Source: Okamejei kenojei
Lineage: Eukaryota
Length of the DNA stretch: 64,000 bases
Assembly (NCBI GenBank): GCA_035221665.1
Contig: CM069135.1
Coordinates: 26,474,001-26,538,000, forward strand
Reading direction: 5' to 3'
A program made the position numbers and the translations under genes. The first letter of the stretch is position 1. Every line of letters begins with the position of its first letter. The notes beneath the pieces were generated by a model that worked only from the letters and a program-made list of their open reading frames with translations, was not told the DNA's origin and searched no databases. Of this stretch, positions 12,186 through 24,720 are shown in pieces.

Positions 12186-13859
12186 TACTTGTCATTATCA
12201 TCAGTTCACTCGTGTGTCAGACGACATTCAGCCAGTGCCACATCTGTGCCTCTACAGAGATCGTCCGCAGTGCATTCCTCTCCGCCGCAATTCAGTAGGT
12301 GGGCAATTGTCTGTACCTCTCCAAAGTTGCACATGTCAGAGTCCGAGAAGCCCCAGTTCTTCACTCCAGTACGGAAGCGGGTTAGGTCTTTTCAGGTAGT
12401 ATAAGGCAGGTGGTGTCCTGGTGCTGTCTGTTGTTTGGTTTTGGTGCCTGGCACGGTTGGATCTAGTTCCACGAAGCTGTTTCCGACTCTTCAAGCGTTT
12501 CTTGGCATGTTGGTGATTGTGCAAAGGGCGACTGCAGCTGCCCGATCACCTCTTCAGGATGGTTCGTCGATGCCAGCCGGCTCGTACAGATGTTCAACCT
12601 TTGTCGGCTTCAGGCATCCTGTGGTTTTCCTGCAGGCAGTGTTCAATGCAGAGTCCCCTTGCGTGCATGTTTAGAGCGGCTCCAGAGGGCTTGCATATTC
12701 TGCCAATGAGAAACTGAGCGCCAGGGCTGCTGTGTGGATTGTTGTTGGGTCACTTCCAAATGAGCTGTTTGCCAATTTTTTTGATGACATTGTTCCGGGT
12801 GTTGACCACTGCCTTGGTTTTCTCAACATGTTGGCGATATGATAACGTGCGATCGAGGACCACACCTAGGTACTTTGGGGCTTTGCAGTGTTCCAACAGG
12901 ACATCATTCCATCGCACCTGCAGTGGACGTTTTGCATCCCGGTTCCGGAGGTGGAAAGAAGGCGCTTTGCACTTTTGTTGGGTTTGGGCGCAGGGAGATC
13001 TGTTGGTGGTATGTTGTCATATTCTGCAGAGTGGCCTCTAGCACGGTCTCAATCTGGCTGAAGTCTGAGGATTGCGTTGTGATGCATAAGTCATCGGCAT
13101 ACAGAAACAACCTAGTTTTCGGGGTGATGGGTTGGTCATTGGTGTATATATTGAACAACGTTGGGGCAAGAACGTTCTTTTGGTATGGTATTTTGGTGTC
13201 TCCAACGGCTGTTCTGACCATTCAGGCATATGAAGAAGCATTGTCATGATGAACTGGACAAGATGAGAGTCCTGCAGTGTTTGTTGCAGTTTAGCTTTCA
13301 TGGTACGGTGGTTTGCAGTGTCATATGCTGTGGACAAGTCTACAAATACTGCACCTGTGATCAGCTTCCACTCAAAGACATCTTCAGTGTGCTGAGTGAG
13401 GTTCAGCAGTTGTCCTGTTGTTGACTTTCCGTGGAGGAACCCAGCCTGTTCAGGTATCAAGACATTGTCTATATCCAGCGTGATGCAGTTCTGTATGCAT
13501 CTTCCCATCAGTGTCTATGGGTGGTACAGCAGGGATATTGGCCAGTAGCTGCTGGGAAGATTGGCATCTTTGCCTGGTTTTGGTAAAGCAACAACCTTCG
13601 ATTTCCGCCAGACTGGTGGAATGGAGTTGGTTGCTATGCAGATGTTAAACATCTCCAGGAGCACCAGTTGTTGCCATCAGCAACTTTTGGGATGATGGTT
13701 TCTTACCACTACTCTTGCCGTTTAGCAACAACTGGTGGGCAACCTGGTTAGCGGTCATATTTCCATATGGTTTACTGTGGGTGGGGTCATTACTGAGACG
13801 TTTCAGTGTCGCCCATGCCTTCCTGCTGCTGTGGAATAGGCCTTTGTTTCTATTAGCTC

Positions 13860-16516
13860 AATCAATCAATCAATCAAATACTTTATTGTCATTCAAAAAT
13901 ACACCAACAAATGCAAATCTGAACAACATTTTGTTGCATCTGGCTCACTGTGCAACATAAAATAACAAAAGGATCAAATAGATAAAAAAGATAAAAAGAT
14001 AGATAATAGTGGCGGCACGTTATAAGGAATTCAAGAGTCTGATGGCTCGGGGGAAGAAGCTGTTGCAAAACCTGGCCGTTATGCTCCTAATACTACGATA
14101 CCTTTTTCCCGAGGGCAGCAGAGTGAAACATAGAAACATAGAAATTAGGTGCAGGAGTAGGCCATTCAGCCCTTCGAGCCCTGCACCGCCATTCAATATG
14201 ATCATGGCTGATCATCCAACTCAGTATCCCGTACCTGCCTTCTCTCCATACCCTCTGATCCCCTTAGCCACAAGGGCCACATCCAACTCACTCTTAAATA
14301 TAGCCAATGAACTGGCCTCAACTACCCTCTGTGGCAGAGAGTTCCAGAGACTCACCACTCTCTGTGTGAAAAAAGTCTTTCTCATCTCGGTCTTAAAGGA
14401 TTTCCCCCTTATCCTTAAGCTGTGACCCCTTGTCCTGGACTTCCCCAACATCGGGAACAATCTTCCTGCATCTAGCCTGTCCAAACCCCTTAAGAATTTT
14501 GTAAGTTTCTATAAGATCCCCTCTTAATCTCCTAAATTCCAGAGAGTATAAACCGAGTCTATCCAGTCTTTCTTCATAAGACAGTCCTGACATCCCAGGA
14601 ATCAGTCTGGTGAACCTTCTCTGCACTCCCTCTATGGCAATAATGTCCTTCCTCAGATTTGGAGACCAAAACTGCACGCAATACTCAGGTGTGGTCTCAC
14701 CAAGACCCTGTACAACTGAAGTAGAACCTCCCTGCTCCTATACTCAAATCCTTTTGCTATGAAAGCTAACATACCATTCGCTTTTTTCACTGCCTGCTGC
14801 ACCTGCATGCCTACTTTCAATGACTGGTGTACCATGACACCCAGGTCTCGCTGCATCTCCCTTTTCCTAATCGGCCACCATTTAAATAATAGTCTGCTTT
14901 CCTGTTTTTGCCACCAAAGTGGATAAAACCTCACATTTATCCACATTATACTGCATCTGCCAAACATTTGCCCACTCACTCAGCCTATCCAAGTCACCTT
15001 GCAGTCTCCTAGCATCCTCCTCACAGCGAACACTGCCCCCCAGCTTAGTGTCATCCGCAAACTTGGAGATATTGCCTTCAATTCCCTCATCCAGATCATT
15101 AATATATATTGTAAATAGCTGGGGTCCCAGCACTGAGCCCTGCGGTACCCCAACTAGTTACTGCCTGCCATTGTGAAAAGGACCCGTTACTCCTACTCTT
15201 TGCTTCCTGTTTGCCAGCCAGTTCTCTATCCACATCAATACTGAACCCCTAATACCGTATGCTTTAAGTTTGTATACTAATCTCTTATGTGGGACCTTGT
15301 CGAAAGCCTTCTGGAAGTCCAGATATACCACATCCACTGGTTCTCCCTTATCCACGCTACTAGTTACATCCTCGAAAAATTCCACAAGATTCGTCAGACA
15401 TGATTTACCTTTTGTAAATCCATGCTGACTTTGTCCAATGATTTCACCACTTTCCAAATGTGCTGCTATCCCATCTTTAATAACTGACTCTAGCAGTTTC
15501 CCCACTACCGATGTTAGACTAACTGGTCTGTAATTCCCCGTTTTCTCTCTCCCTCCCTTCTTAAAAAAGGGGTTACATTTGCTACCCGCCAATCCTCAGG
15601 AACTACTCCAGAATCTAAAGAGTTTTGAAAGATTATCACTAATGCATCCACTATTTCCTGAGCTACTTCCTTAAGTACTCTTAAGTACAGTCAGCAAAGG
15701 AGATGTGTGGGGTCTTTTATAATGCTGTTGGCCTTGGACAAGTAACGTTTGCACGCAATGTCCCGGATTGAAGGAAGAGAAGTCCCGATGATTTTTTCAG
15801 CCATTCTCACCACTCTCTGCACAGATTTCCAGTTGGAGGCTTTGCAGTCCCCAAACCAGACAGAGATGCAGCTGGTCAAAATGCTCTCTATGGTGCCCCT
15901 GTAGAAAGTGGCGAGGAACGGGATGGGGGAGGTGAGCTCTTCTCATCCGGCGCAGAAAGTGCAAACACTGCTGCGCTCTCTTAACTAGTGATGCGATGTT
16001 TTGTGACCAAGTCAGACTATTCGTGATCTGCACCCCCAGGAACTTAGTACTACTGACCAACTCCACATCGATGTCGTTAATGTGTAGTGGTGTGTGACTG
16101 TGCCGGTTTCTCCTGAACTCAACGATGACCTCCTTTGTTTTGTCAACATTCAGGATCAGATTGTTCGTGTTGCACCAGTCCACCAGTTGTTTCACCTCCT
16201 CCCTGTAAGCCAGTTAATTGTCGTCCCGGATAAGGCCCACCACTGTTGTGTCATCTGCGTACTTCATGATGTGGTTTGTACTAAACCTGGCACAACAGTC
16301 GTGGGTCATCAGGATAAACAGCAGTGAACTCAGGATGCAGCCCTGAGGGGAACCGGTGCTCAGAGAGATGATGTTAGAGGTGTTGTTTCCAACCCGCACT
16401 AACTGGGGTCTGTCAGTAAGGAAGTCCAGTAGCCAGTTACATAAGGGGGTGCTGAGGCCCAATGAACCCAATTTGCTTACCTAGTGCTGAGGGATGATTG
16501 TATCGAACGCTGAGCT
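13860..16516 (-). mobile_element. Rex1/Babar LINE, 5'-truncated, nested in Vingi and interrupted by CR1
   Basis: [41 protein letters not shown] and LPSGKRYRS. (ATTG)n tail at 13860-13877. GAGCT at both junctions. Confidence 0.9.
14128..15680 (-). mobile_element. CR1/HER1-type LINE, 5'-truncated RT region
   Basis: NYRPVSLTSVVGK, QHGF, YLDFQKAFDKVPH, LGPQLF..YINDL and KFADDTKL. (TTCTATGT)n tail. Several frameshifts. Confidence 0.95.
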
Positions 16517-17414
16517 CCTGCCATTGTCTCCATTTTGCCTCATTGAGTGCATCTGTGAGCTGTTTCCTGATCTCAGCTGTTTTGTCTGCAAATGGGTCTT
16601 CACCGTAAAGTTCTTCGGACATAGATAGTAAGTCAGCAGTTTCAGCGTCCACGCCTGCAATGTAGTTAAACCAGCAGCGCCACGGAATGGTCTTGTGTGC
16701 TGCTGTGTGGATCGCATGAACAAACTGGTTGTAGTTGTGTGGTGAACTCTCTATATCTTGCACAAGTTCATCCGTAACCTTAGCAAAAGCCTCTCAGTCC
16801 GCCTTTCTGAGATTGCATCACCGTTGGAATACGGGAGGGTGTTTTGGGGTCACTGCGGCCGTGATGTGGATCCCAATTGATCGATGCTGAGACCCTGGAA
16901 TTGGCTGATCAAGCGTTTTGTGGCAATTGGTAATATTTCTTGAGGCGATCAGGTCAGGGTTGTAGCTTTTCTTCCATCTACAGCTGTTGAACAATTTTGA
17001 TAGTTTTGCATCATGAAGTAGCGTTTAGTCCGCCAGTTTACGCCCACATGCAAGCTGCCTCACCATCTTCATTGTTTTCGTTGTAGCCCCATTGGGTGTG
17101 GTGGCAATTGAAGTCACCAATCCAGATTAGGGATGCAGCAGTTGAGACATTCACTGACGATGGTAGATTCAGTTGCGTTTGCGGTGGTTTGTATACTGAT
17201 GTGATGGCCACTGATGTGAAGCTGAATGTGATGGTCTCTGTACCTCCTTCATCAGAGACAGAGGTGCTTATTACCTCTTTTTTGTCTATTTGTTATTACA
17301 CTTTCTTTTCCCTGTAATAAAATCTGGACAGCACATACACAGAAGTATGGGTTGACTCTAAAAGGTTTTGTGTGTTTATTCCTGCATTTCTCCATTGAAT
17401 AATTTACCCCCCTT

Positions 17415-17790
17415 ATCAAGGGTTTGGACATGCTAGATACAGGAAACATGTTCCCGATGTTAGGGATGTCCAGAACCAGGAGCCACAGTTTAAGAATAAG
17501 GGGTAGGCCATTTAGAACTGAGATGAGGACAAACTGTTTCACCCAGAGTTGTGAATTTGTGGAATTCTCTGCCTCAGAAGGCAGTGGAGGCCAATTCACT
17601 GGATGCATTCAAAAGAGAGTTAGATAGAGCTCTTAGGGCTAGCGGAATCAAGGGATATGGGGAGAAGGCAGGAACTGGGTACTGACTGTGGATGATCAGC
17701 CATGATCACATTGAATGCTAGCTCAAAGGGCCAAATGGCCTACTCCTGCACCTATTGTGTACGTATCTGCGTCTATGTATCTATGTATGT
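17415..17790 (+). mobile_element. CR1/HER1-type LINE 3' fragment
   Basis: MFPMLGMSRTRSHSLRIRG plus a 3' UTR matching the other copies. Confidence 0.88.
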
Positions 17791-17849
17791 CCATAAAATT
17801 AAATGCTGAGCATCTCAGAGAGCTTGTGGAGGCAGATGGGAACTTTTTT

Positions 17850-19190
17850 GAATGAATGAATGAATGAATAAGTTTATTGGCCAAGTATTCACATACAAGG
17901 AATTTGCCTTGGTGCTCCATCCGTAAGTGACAACATGACATACAGTGACAGTTAGGAATGACACCTAAAACATTAATAATAAAACATTATTGATTAAACA
18001 TGTGAATTAAATAAAATACCAAAGCAAAAGGAGGCTACAGATTTTTGGTTATTGAGTAGAGCTACTACTCGTGGGAAAAAAGCTGTTTTTACGTCTGGCT
18101 GTGGCAGCTTTGACAGTCCGGAGTCGCCTTCCAGAGGGAAGTGATTCAAAGAGTTTGTGGCCAGGGTAAGAGGAGTCAGAGATGATCTTACCCACTCGCT
18201 TCCTGGCCCTTGCAGTGTACAGTTCGTCAATGGAGGGAAGGTTGCAGCCAAGGTTCTCAGCTGATCGGACGATTCGCTGCAGCCTCTGGATGCCGTGCTA
18301 GGTGGCTGAGCCAAACCAGACCATGATGGAGAAGGTGAGGACAGACTCTAAGATGGCCGTATAGAATTGAACCATCATTGCCTGTGGCAGATTGTGCTTC
18401 CTCAGCTGCCACAGGAAGTACATCCTCTGTTGTGCCTTTTTGACTGTGGAGTTGATGGAGGCCCCCCATTTAAGGTCCTTGCAGATGATGGTTCCCAGGA
18501 ACTTAAAAGACTCCACAGATGTGACTGAGGAGTTGTTGATGGTGAGTGGGGTGAGGGGAGGGGGAGCTCTCCTAAAGTCTACAATCAATTCCACTGTCTT
18601 AAGAGCATTGAGCTCCAGGTTGTTGCGATGGCACCAGGACGCCAGCTGTGACACTTCCTGTCTTTAGGCAGATTCCTCCTCATCCTGGATCAGTCCAATC
18701 AGGGTACACAAAAAGCTGGAGAAACTCAGCGGGTGCAGCAGCATCTAAGGAGCGAAGGAGATAGGCGACGTTTCGGGTCGAGACCCTTCTTCAGACTCAG
18801 TCCAATCAGAGTTGTGTCATCCGCAAACTTGAGAAGCTTGACAGAGGAGTCAGTGGAGGTGCAGTCATTGGTGTAGAGAGAGTAAAGGAGAGGGGAGAGT
18901 TCGCAGTCTTGTGGTGCTCCTATGCTGAGGGTTTGCGTGTCAGAGATGTGCTTTCCCAGCCTCACATGCTGCTTCCTGCCTGTCAGGAAGCCGGTGATCC
19001 ACCGACAGAGGGGTTCAGGAACAGTCAACTTGGAGAGTTTGGAGTGTAGTAGCTCTGGCACAATGGTGTTGAATGCAGAGCTAAAATCAACAAACAAAAT
19101 CCTCGCATAGGTCCCCTGGCGGTCTAGGTGCTGGAGGATGAAGTGCAGGCCCAGGTTGACTGCGTCATCCACAGATATATTTGCCCGATG
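17850..19190 (-). mobile_element. Rex1/Babar LINE, 5'-truncated
   Basis: DDAVNLGLH, LFVDFSSAFNTI, KFADDTTLIGL and KKAQQRMYFL. (ATTC)n tail at about 17850-17868. Confidence 0.92.
18703..18796 (-). mobile_element. Solo Penelope pLTR unit with minimal hammerhead core and 13-bp TSD
   Basis: TCAGTCCAATCAG at 18690-18702 and 18797-18809. The insert appears identical to the reverse complement of 29577-29670. Confidence 0.9.
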
Positions 19191-19563
19191 TATGCCTGAG
19201 TTGACAGGTGTTTGAGATTTTAAGGTTAAATAAAAGTAAACACATTGTCAAAGGATAGACACAAAATTCTGCAGTAACTCAGCGGGACAGGCAGCATCTC
19301 TGGAGAGAAGGAATCTCTGGAGACAAAGAATGGGTGACGTTTTGGTTCGAAACCCTTTGTCGGAGGATATTGGGGTGAGGGAGTGGCAGGGAGAAGGAAT
19401 ATGAATTGAAACCATTTGAGATAGGCTGCTGAGCAGGATTGATTAAATGACAATGGTACAAAGCAATTTGAAGGAGATGCTGAGACATTGCAACTGCATT
19501 TATAATGGTAGCGAGATGGTAGTAAAATAGTAGCGATGCAATGGTCAGAATGTTGGTCTAAAT

Positions 19564-20864
19564 CGCTGGTTTCCAACCTCCAGCTGCTGCCAAAAATTGT
19601 GCCGCGAAGATTTGAAATTGGGCCGCGAGGGTGACCCAAAATTTTATTTAAGGTATTATGGAATATCCCAGCAAAAGTTGTTCAAATGACATGCAGCGAT
19701 GCAGCTGTTGTGCATGTTTCATCGAGCAAGGGCCAGGTGGGTAGATTGGTTGCCGGCTTTCGATATTGTAACAATGTTCATTGTGAATAGAATAGAATAG
19801 AATGCCATTTATTGTCATTCAAACAGACATGGTTCGAACATAATTTTGTCCCTGCAGTCACAACATCAAAAAAAAACAAGACGCACAATTAACACAATTT
19901 TCATAAACATCCATCACAGTGAATCATCAAACACCTCCTTCCTCACTGTGATGGAAGGCAAAAGTCTTGTCTCTTCCCTGTTCTTTATTCTTCTCCCGCG
20001 GTCAAGCAGTCCAACTGCTGCGTCAAGTCGAGCGGGGATCCCGATGTTGGGCGATAGTAAGTCCCGCGGCTGTTAAGGCCACGCTGGGCGATGTAAGGCC
20101 CTGCTCCGGGACTTGATGTTAGAGTCGCCGGTGGGCAGTCCCGCGGCCGTTAAAGCCACGTCGGGTGATGTAAGGCCCCGCTCCGGGTCGTTTTAACCCC
20201 GTGATTCGGGCGAGAGAAGTTGCCGTTGCGGGAGCTCCGAAAAGCGGTCTCCCACCAGGGATACTGCGAGCTCCCGATGTTACCGTCCACGGCGCCTGCT
20301 GCCGGAGCCGCCGAAACTCCGAAGTCGGGTCGCAGCTGCGCGCCACCACAGCGCTCCACGCTCCGAAGTCGGGTCGCAGCTGCGCGCCACCACAGCGCTC
20401 CACGCTCCGAAGTCGGCCAGCTCCGCGATGGTGAGTCTGCAGGTTGTTTCCGGTTGGAGGCCGCCGTCTCCACGATGTTAGGCCCAACGACAACGGGGAC
20501 CCGACAGGGAAAAGGTCTGGTCCCCGTACAGGGAAGAAATTAAAAAGTTTAAAGAGATTAAAATTCTAAAAAATAAAACCAAAAACATACTCCTAACGGG
20601 ACAAAACGAAAGAAAAGACGGACGGACTGCAGTCAAGCCGCTGCCACACCGATGAGTCTTTTATTTCATGTTTTAATTTTGTTTTCAATTAATTTATTTA
20701 ATTTTAATTCATGATTAATAAGCTGTAAAGCTAAACTAAAATGTTTTGAAAATTCAAATCATTTTAACAGTATTATCAATTCATTTATCATGCTATCTTA
20801 AAATAAGTAAGTCCAAATGTTTGATCAATTTTCGGCAATGGATGAGAAAGGTTGGGAACCACTA
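19564..20864. mobile_element. hAT (Charlie-like) non-autonomous element carrying a nested retroposon
   Basis: Ends CGCTGGTTTCCAACCT and AGGTTGGGAACCACTA. 8-bp flanks GTCTAAAT (19556-19563) and GACTAAAT (20865-20872). Confidence 0.65.
19787..20655 (-). mobile_element. GC-rich non-autonomous retroposon with internal tandem repeats and (ATTCT)n tail
   Basis: (GAATA)n at 19786-19803 next to TTTATTGTCATT. About 44-bp tandem units at 20317-20416. 3' portion shared with 11770-12185. Confidence 0.7.
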
Positions 20865-21114
20865 GACTAAATAGTGACCAAAATAAAAACTTAACTTGAA
20901 TTTAAATAGTAACTCTCACAACCTAAGGATATCTGAAAACACTTTTCAGCTCGAAGGGCCGAATGGCCTCCTCCTGCACCTATTTTCTATGTTTCTATGA
21001 TGGAATTATTATCTCAGAGGAGGTTTCAAGTGCTCAGTGACCATGATCTTAAAAGGATAAATGTAATCTTGAGGCTGGAGGCCAGGAAAGAGTCTCAATG
21101 AAAGACAAATGCTT

Positions 21115-22062
21115 AGAAACATAGAAAATAGGTGCAGGAGGAGGCCATTCGGCCGTTCGAGCCAGCACCGCCATGCATTGTGATCATGGCTGATCGTCCG
21201 CTATCAATAACCCGTGACTGCCTTCTCCCCATATCGCTTGACTCCACTAGCCCCTAGAGCTCTATCCAACTCTCTTTTAAATCCATCCAGTGATTTGGCC
21301 TCCACTGCCCTCTGTGGCAGGGAATTCCATAAATTCACAACTCTCTGGGTAAAAAGGTTTTTTCTCACCTCAGTCTTAAATTACCTCCCCTTTATTCTAA
21401 GGCTGTGGCCCCTGGTTCTGGACTCACCCAACATTGGGAACATTTTTCCTGCATCTAGCTTGTCCAGTCCTTTCATAATTTTATATGTTTCTATAAGATC
21501 CCCCCTCATCCTTCTAAACTCCAGCGAATAAAAGCCTCGTCTTTTCAATCTTTCCTCATATGACAGTCCCGCCATCCCAGGGATCAATCTTGTGAACCTA
21601 CGCTGCACTGCCTCAATCGAAAGGATGTCCTTCCTCAAATTAGGGGACCAAAACTGTACACAATACTCCAGATGTGGTCTCACCAGAGCCCTATACAACT
21701 GCAGAAGAACCTCTTTACTCCTGTACTGAAATCCTCTTGTTATGAAGGCCAACATTCCATTAGCTTTCTTCACTGCCTGCTGTACCTGCACGCCAACTTT
21801 CAGTGACTGGTGTACCTCCCCCTTATCTAACCTAACCTAACCCCATTGAGATAATAATCTGCCCCCTTGTTTTTGCTGCCAAAGTGGATAACCTCATATT
21901 TATCTATATTATACTGCATCTGCCACGCATCTGCCCACTCACTCAACCTGTCCAGGTCCCCCTGCAACCTCCTAACATCCTCTTCACGGTTCACACTGCC
22001 ACGCAGCTTTGTGTCATCCGCAAACTTGCCAGTGTTGCTCCTAATTCCCTCTTCCAAATTAT
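21115..22062 (-). mobile_element. CR1/HER1-type LINE 3' fragment with an internal deletion
   Basis: ORFs 21827-22120 (KFADDTKL) and 21381-21791 ([15 protein letters not shown]). TTCTATGTTTCT tail. Confidence 0.93.
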
Positions 22063-22744
22063 TAATAGAAATTAGAAATTTGATTGTATGCATTTCTGTT
22101 GTGTTCAAAACAAAGGGCACGGTTCAGTGTGATCCCAACTGGGTCTCCTGCCAAAACAAATCATTCAAATTGACAAAATGTAGTTTGAAATGGTACTAGG
22201 ATGGTTAACAACTGAATAAAATACACTAAAACAGAACCTGGATGATTTTTAATACAACTTCACTCAATGTTGTGCATCTCCTGCTATGTTGCTGCCTAGC
22301 AACCGGAGAAGGGTGCCAGCCTTTGAAGGCGCATCCCCCAGGGCAGCTACAGAACACAAACACACACTTCCTGCTGCAGAGAAGACAGAGGCACCAGAGT
22401 AAAGGGCGCAGCTTCCATATTCGTTCAAAGGGAAATGCAAGTCCTGGTCATCCAGGTACAAGCCAGGCGTAAGATGCTGGGCAGCGGGAAGACCAGGAGA
22501 CCTGCCAGCTCCAGCAATAGAGGAGGCCATCAGGGAATGACTGCAGTAATCCCCGGGCAATGCTGACAGAAATGTCATGACGTCACCAGATGCGTTAAGG
22601 CAATCTGGCATTTCTGTTTACATTCGCAGGGGGGAATATCCTCACTGCAATCCCTGCTATTTGCAGAGGTCTGAGATTTCCAAAGCAAGGTGCTCTCAGC
22701 AGGAAATGCAGAGATGTGGCAGCCTATGAAAGTGGTGGCGCAAG

Positions 22745-22970
22745 AAAATGCAGATGCTGGAATCTTGAGCAAAGCACAAAGTGTTGAAGGAACTCAACGG
22801 GTCAGGCAGCATCTGTGGAGGGAATGGTTGGGTGACATTTCGTGTCAGGACCCTTCCTCAGACTACTAGGGTGGTTAAATAAGTGCCCCGACCTGAGATG
22901 TAACTTATCCATGTTCTCCAGAGATACTGGCTGACCCAATGAGTTACTCCAGCACATTGTGCCTTTGTTT
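22745..22970. mobile_element. Inverted pair of Penelope pLTR remnants
   Basis: Minus-strand pLTR ending ACCCTTCCTCAGACT, a short spacer, then a plus-strand pLTR (TCTCCAGAGATACTG...GAGTTACTCCAGCAC). Confidence 0.7.
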
Positions 22971-23579
22971 TTTGGTTGGATCTGAGCTCAATCAGTTATG
23001 TGTTATATTCATTGGAAATGAGAGAGGGTGTAATTTGGGCCCTCATAATTACTTATTGGTGGACTCTATTAATGTTAGAGGTTGTAGAGAATAGACACGG
23101 AAGAAATTGGATCGTGCAATGCTTAACAATTAAGGATTGTATAATACAATATCAAGGTTTTGTACACATAGCTATCTGTGAATAGGCAAGAGTCAACAAA
23201 CTACCTAATCTTCTTGTACAACCTGTCCTTTCACCATGAACAGGAACAGTGATGAAGGCCAAACATTAACAGGAACTTCTTGAACCATATCAAATTCCAT
23301 TTACTACTGGCCAAATTAATTAGCAAATTACCTAAAAAATCTTGATTTTTATGCAGTTGTGAATCAAGAAAGAGTGTGTCACGCAGTTTACTTGTGTCAT
23401 AGTAAGACCAAGCATGAAAAATCCAGATGAACACTGGTGAAAGTAGAGTGAGAGACAGTCGTGGTCACAGTGAAAAATTTGAAATGGGATTACTCATTGC
23501 ACCACACAGAAGCCACAAAAATCAAGTAGGAACTCTTGAATCCCAAGGAATGGCCTAAAATGATTCAGATATAATATTG

Positions 23580-23978
23580 ACGTCTACACACACCAGGACT
23601 GTGTTGATGCCTCAAAAAGGCTGGCAGCATCATCAAGGACCCACACCACCCTGGCCACACTCTCATCTCCCCGCTACCTTCAGGTAGAAGGTACAGGAGC
23701 CTGAAGACTGCAACGACCAGGTTCAGAAACAGCTTCTTCCCCACAGCCATCAGGCTATCGAACTCAACAAACAAAACTCTGAACATTAATAGCCCATTAT
23801 CTGTTTATTTGCACTTTAGCTGTTTCATTTATTCATTTGTGTATATATCTATACAATGGTATATGGACACACTGATCTGTTCTGTATTCATGCCTTCTAT
23901 ATTCTGTTGTGCTGAAGCAAAGCAAGAATTTCATTGTCCTATCTGGGACACATGACAATAAACTCTCTTGAATCTTGA
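23580..23978 (+). mobile_element. Rex1/Babar 3' fragment
   Basis: KKAGSIIKDPHHPGH..LPSGRRYRSL..RFRNSFFP. Tail GACAATAAACTCTCTTGAATCTTGAA. Confidence 0.88.
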
Positions 23979-23999
23979 ATGGAACCAAAATCCTTTGAT

Positions 24000-24720
24000 T
24001 CATAGAACATAGACAGTATGCCACAGGAAAGTCTATTTGGCCCACATTGTTTGTACTGAACATGATGCTAAGTTAAGCATCAAATCTGCCTGCTCATGAC
24101 CCATATCCCTCTATTCCCTGCACTTATGTGCCTAGCTAAACGCCTCTTAAATGCCACTAATGTGTCTGCCTCCACCACCTCCCCTGGCAATGCGCTCCAG
24201 GCCCCCACCACTCTCTACGTAAAAAACTTGGCCTGCACATCTCCATTAAACTTTCCCCCTCTCACCTTATAGCCCTCTAAAAATAGTTGACATTTCGGGT
24301 CGAGACCCTTCTTCAAACTGAAGAAACGTCACCTATTCCTTCGCTCCAGGTTCCTTCGCTCCATAGTTCTATCAAGGTTCCCCTGAACCTCCAATGTTCC
24401 AGAGAAAACAATCCAAGTTATCCAACCTGTTGGAATCAGGATTCAGGATTCTTAATTGTATTCATGTGTAGTCTTTTCTTTGACTGAATTGCCACAAACA
24501 AAAGCTTCACTGTACCTCAGTACACTTGACAAAATGAACTAAACTAAATTCTTCTTGTAGCTGAAACCCTCTAATCCAAGCAGCATTCTGGTAAAGCTCC
24601 TCTACATGTTTTCCAAAGCCTCCACATCCTTCCTGTAATGCAGTGACCAGAAAACTGCCCACAATATTCCAAATGCAGCCTAACCAAAGTCACAGACAGC
24701 GGCATCATGATCCCAACTCA
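24000..24720 (-). mobile_element. Old CR1-type 3' fragment with embedded pLTR and Rex tail pieces
   Basis: CR1 C-terminal similarity. Back-to-back hammerhead-like cores at about 24288-24330. Confidence 0.6.

Larger units (their letters stand above)
12190..17270 (-). mobile_element. Ingi/Vingi-like LINE (APE, RT and C-terminal Cys/His motif), degenerate, split by nested insertions at 13860-16516
   Basis: APE motif IGDFNCHHTQWGY near 17100. RT motifs EQAGF, VFVDLSTAYD, VLAPTLFNIYTNDQP and YADD. C-terminal RFRTGV..WG..C..HLLNC. Tail GACACACGAG...TGATGA. Confidence 0.8.

Noticed and set aside
20119-20543. Overlapping ORFs in both directions
   Set aside because: They lie in the GC-rich tandem repeats of a non-coding retroposon.
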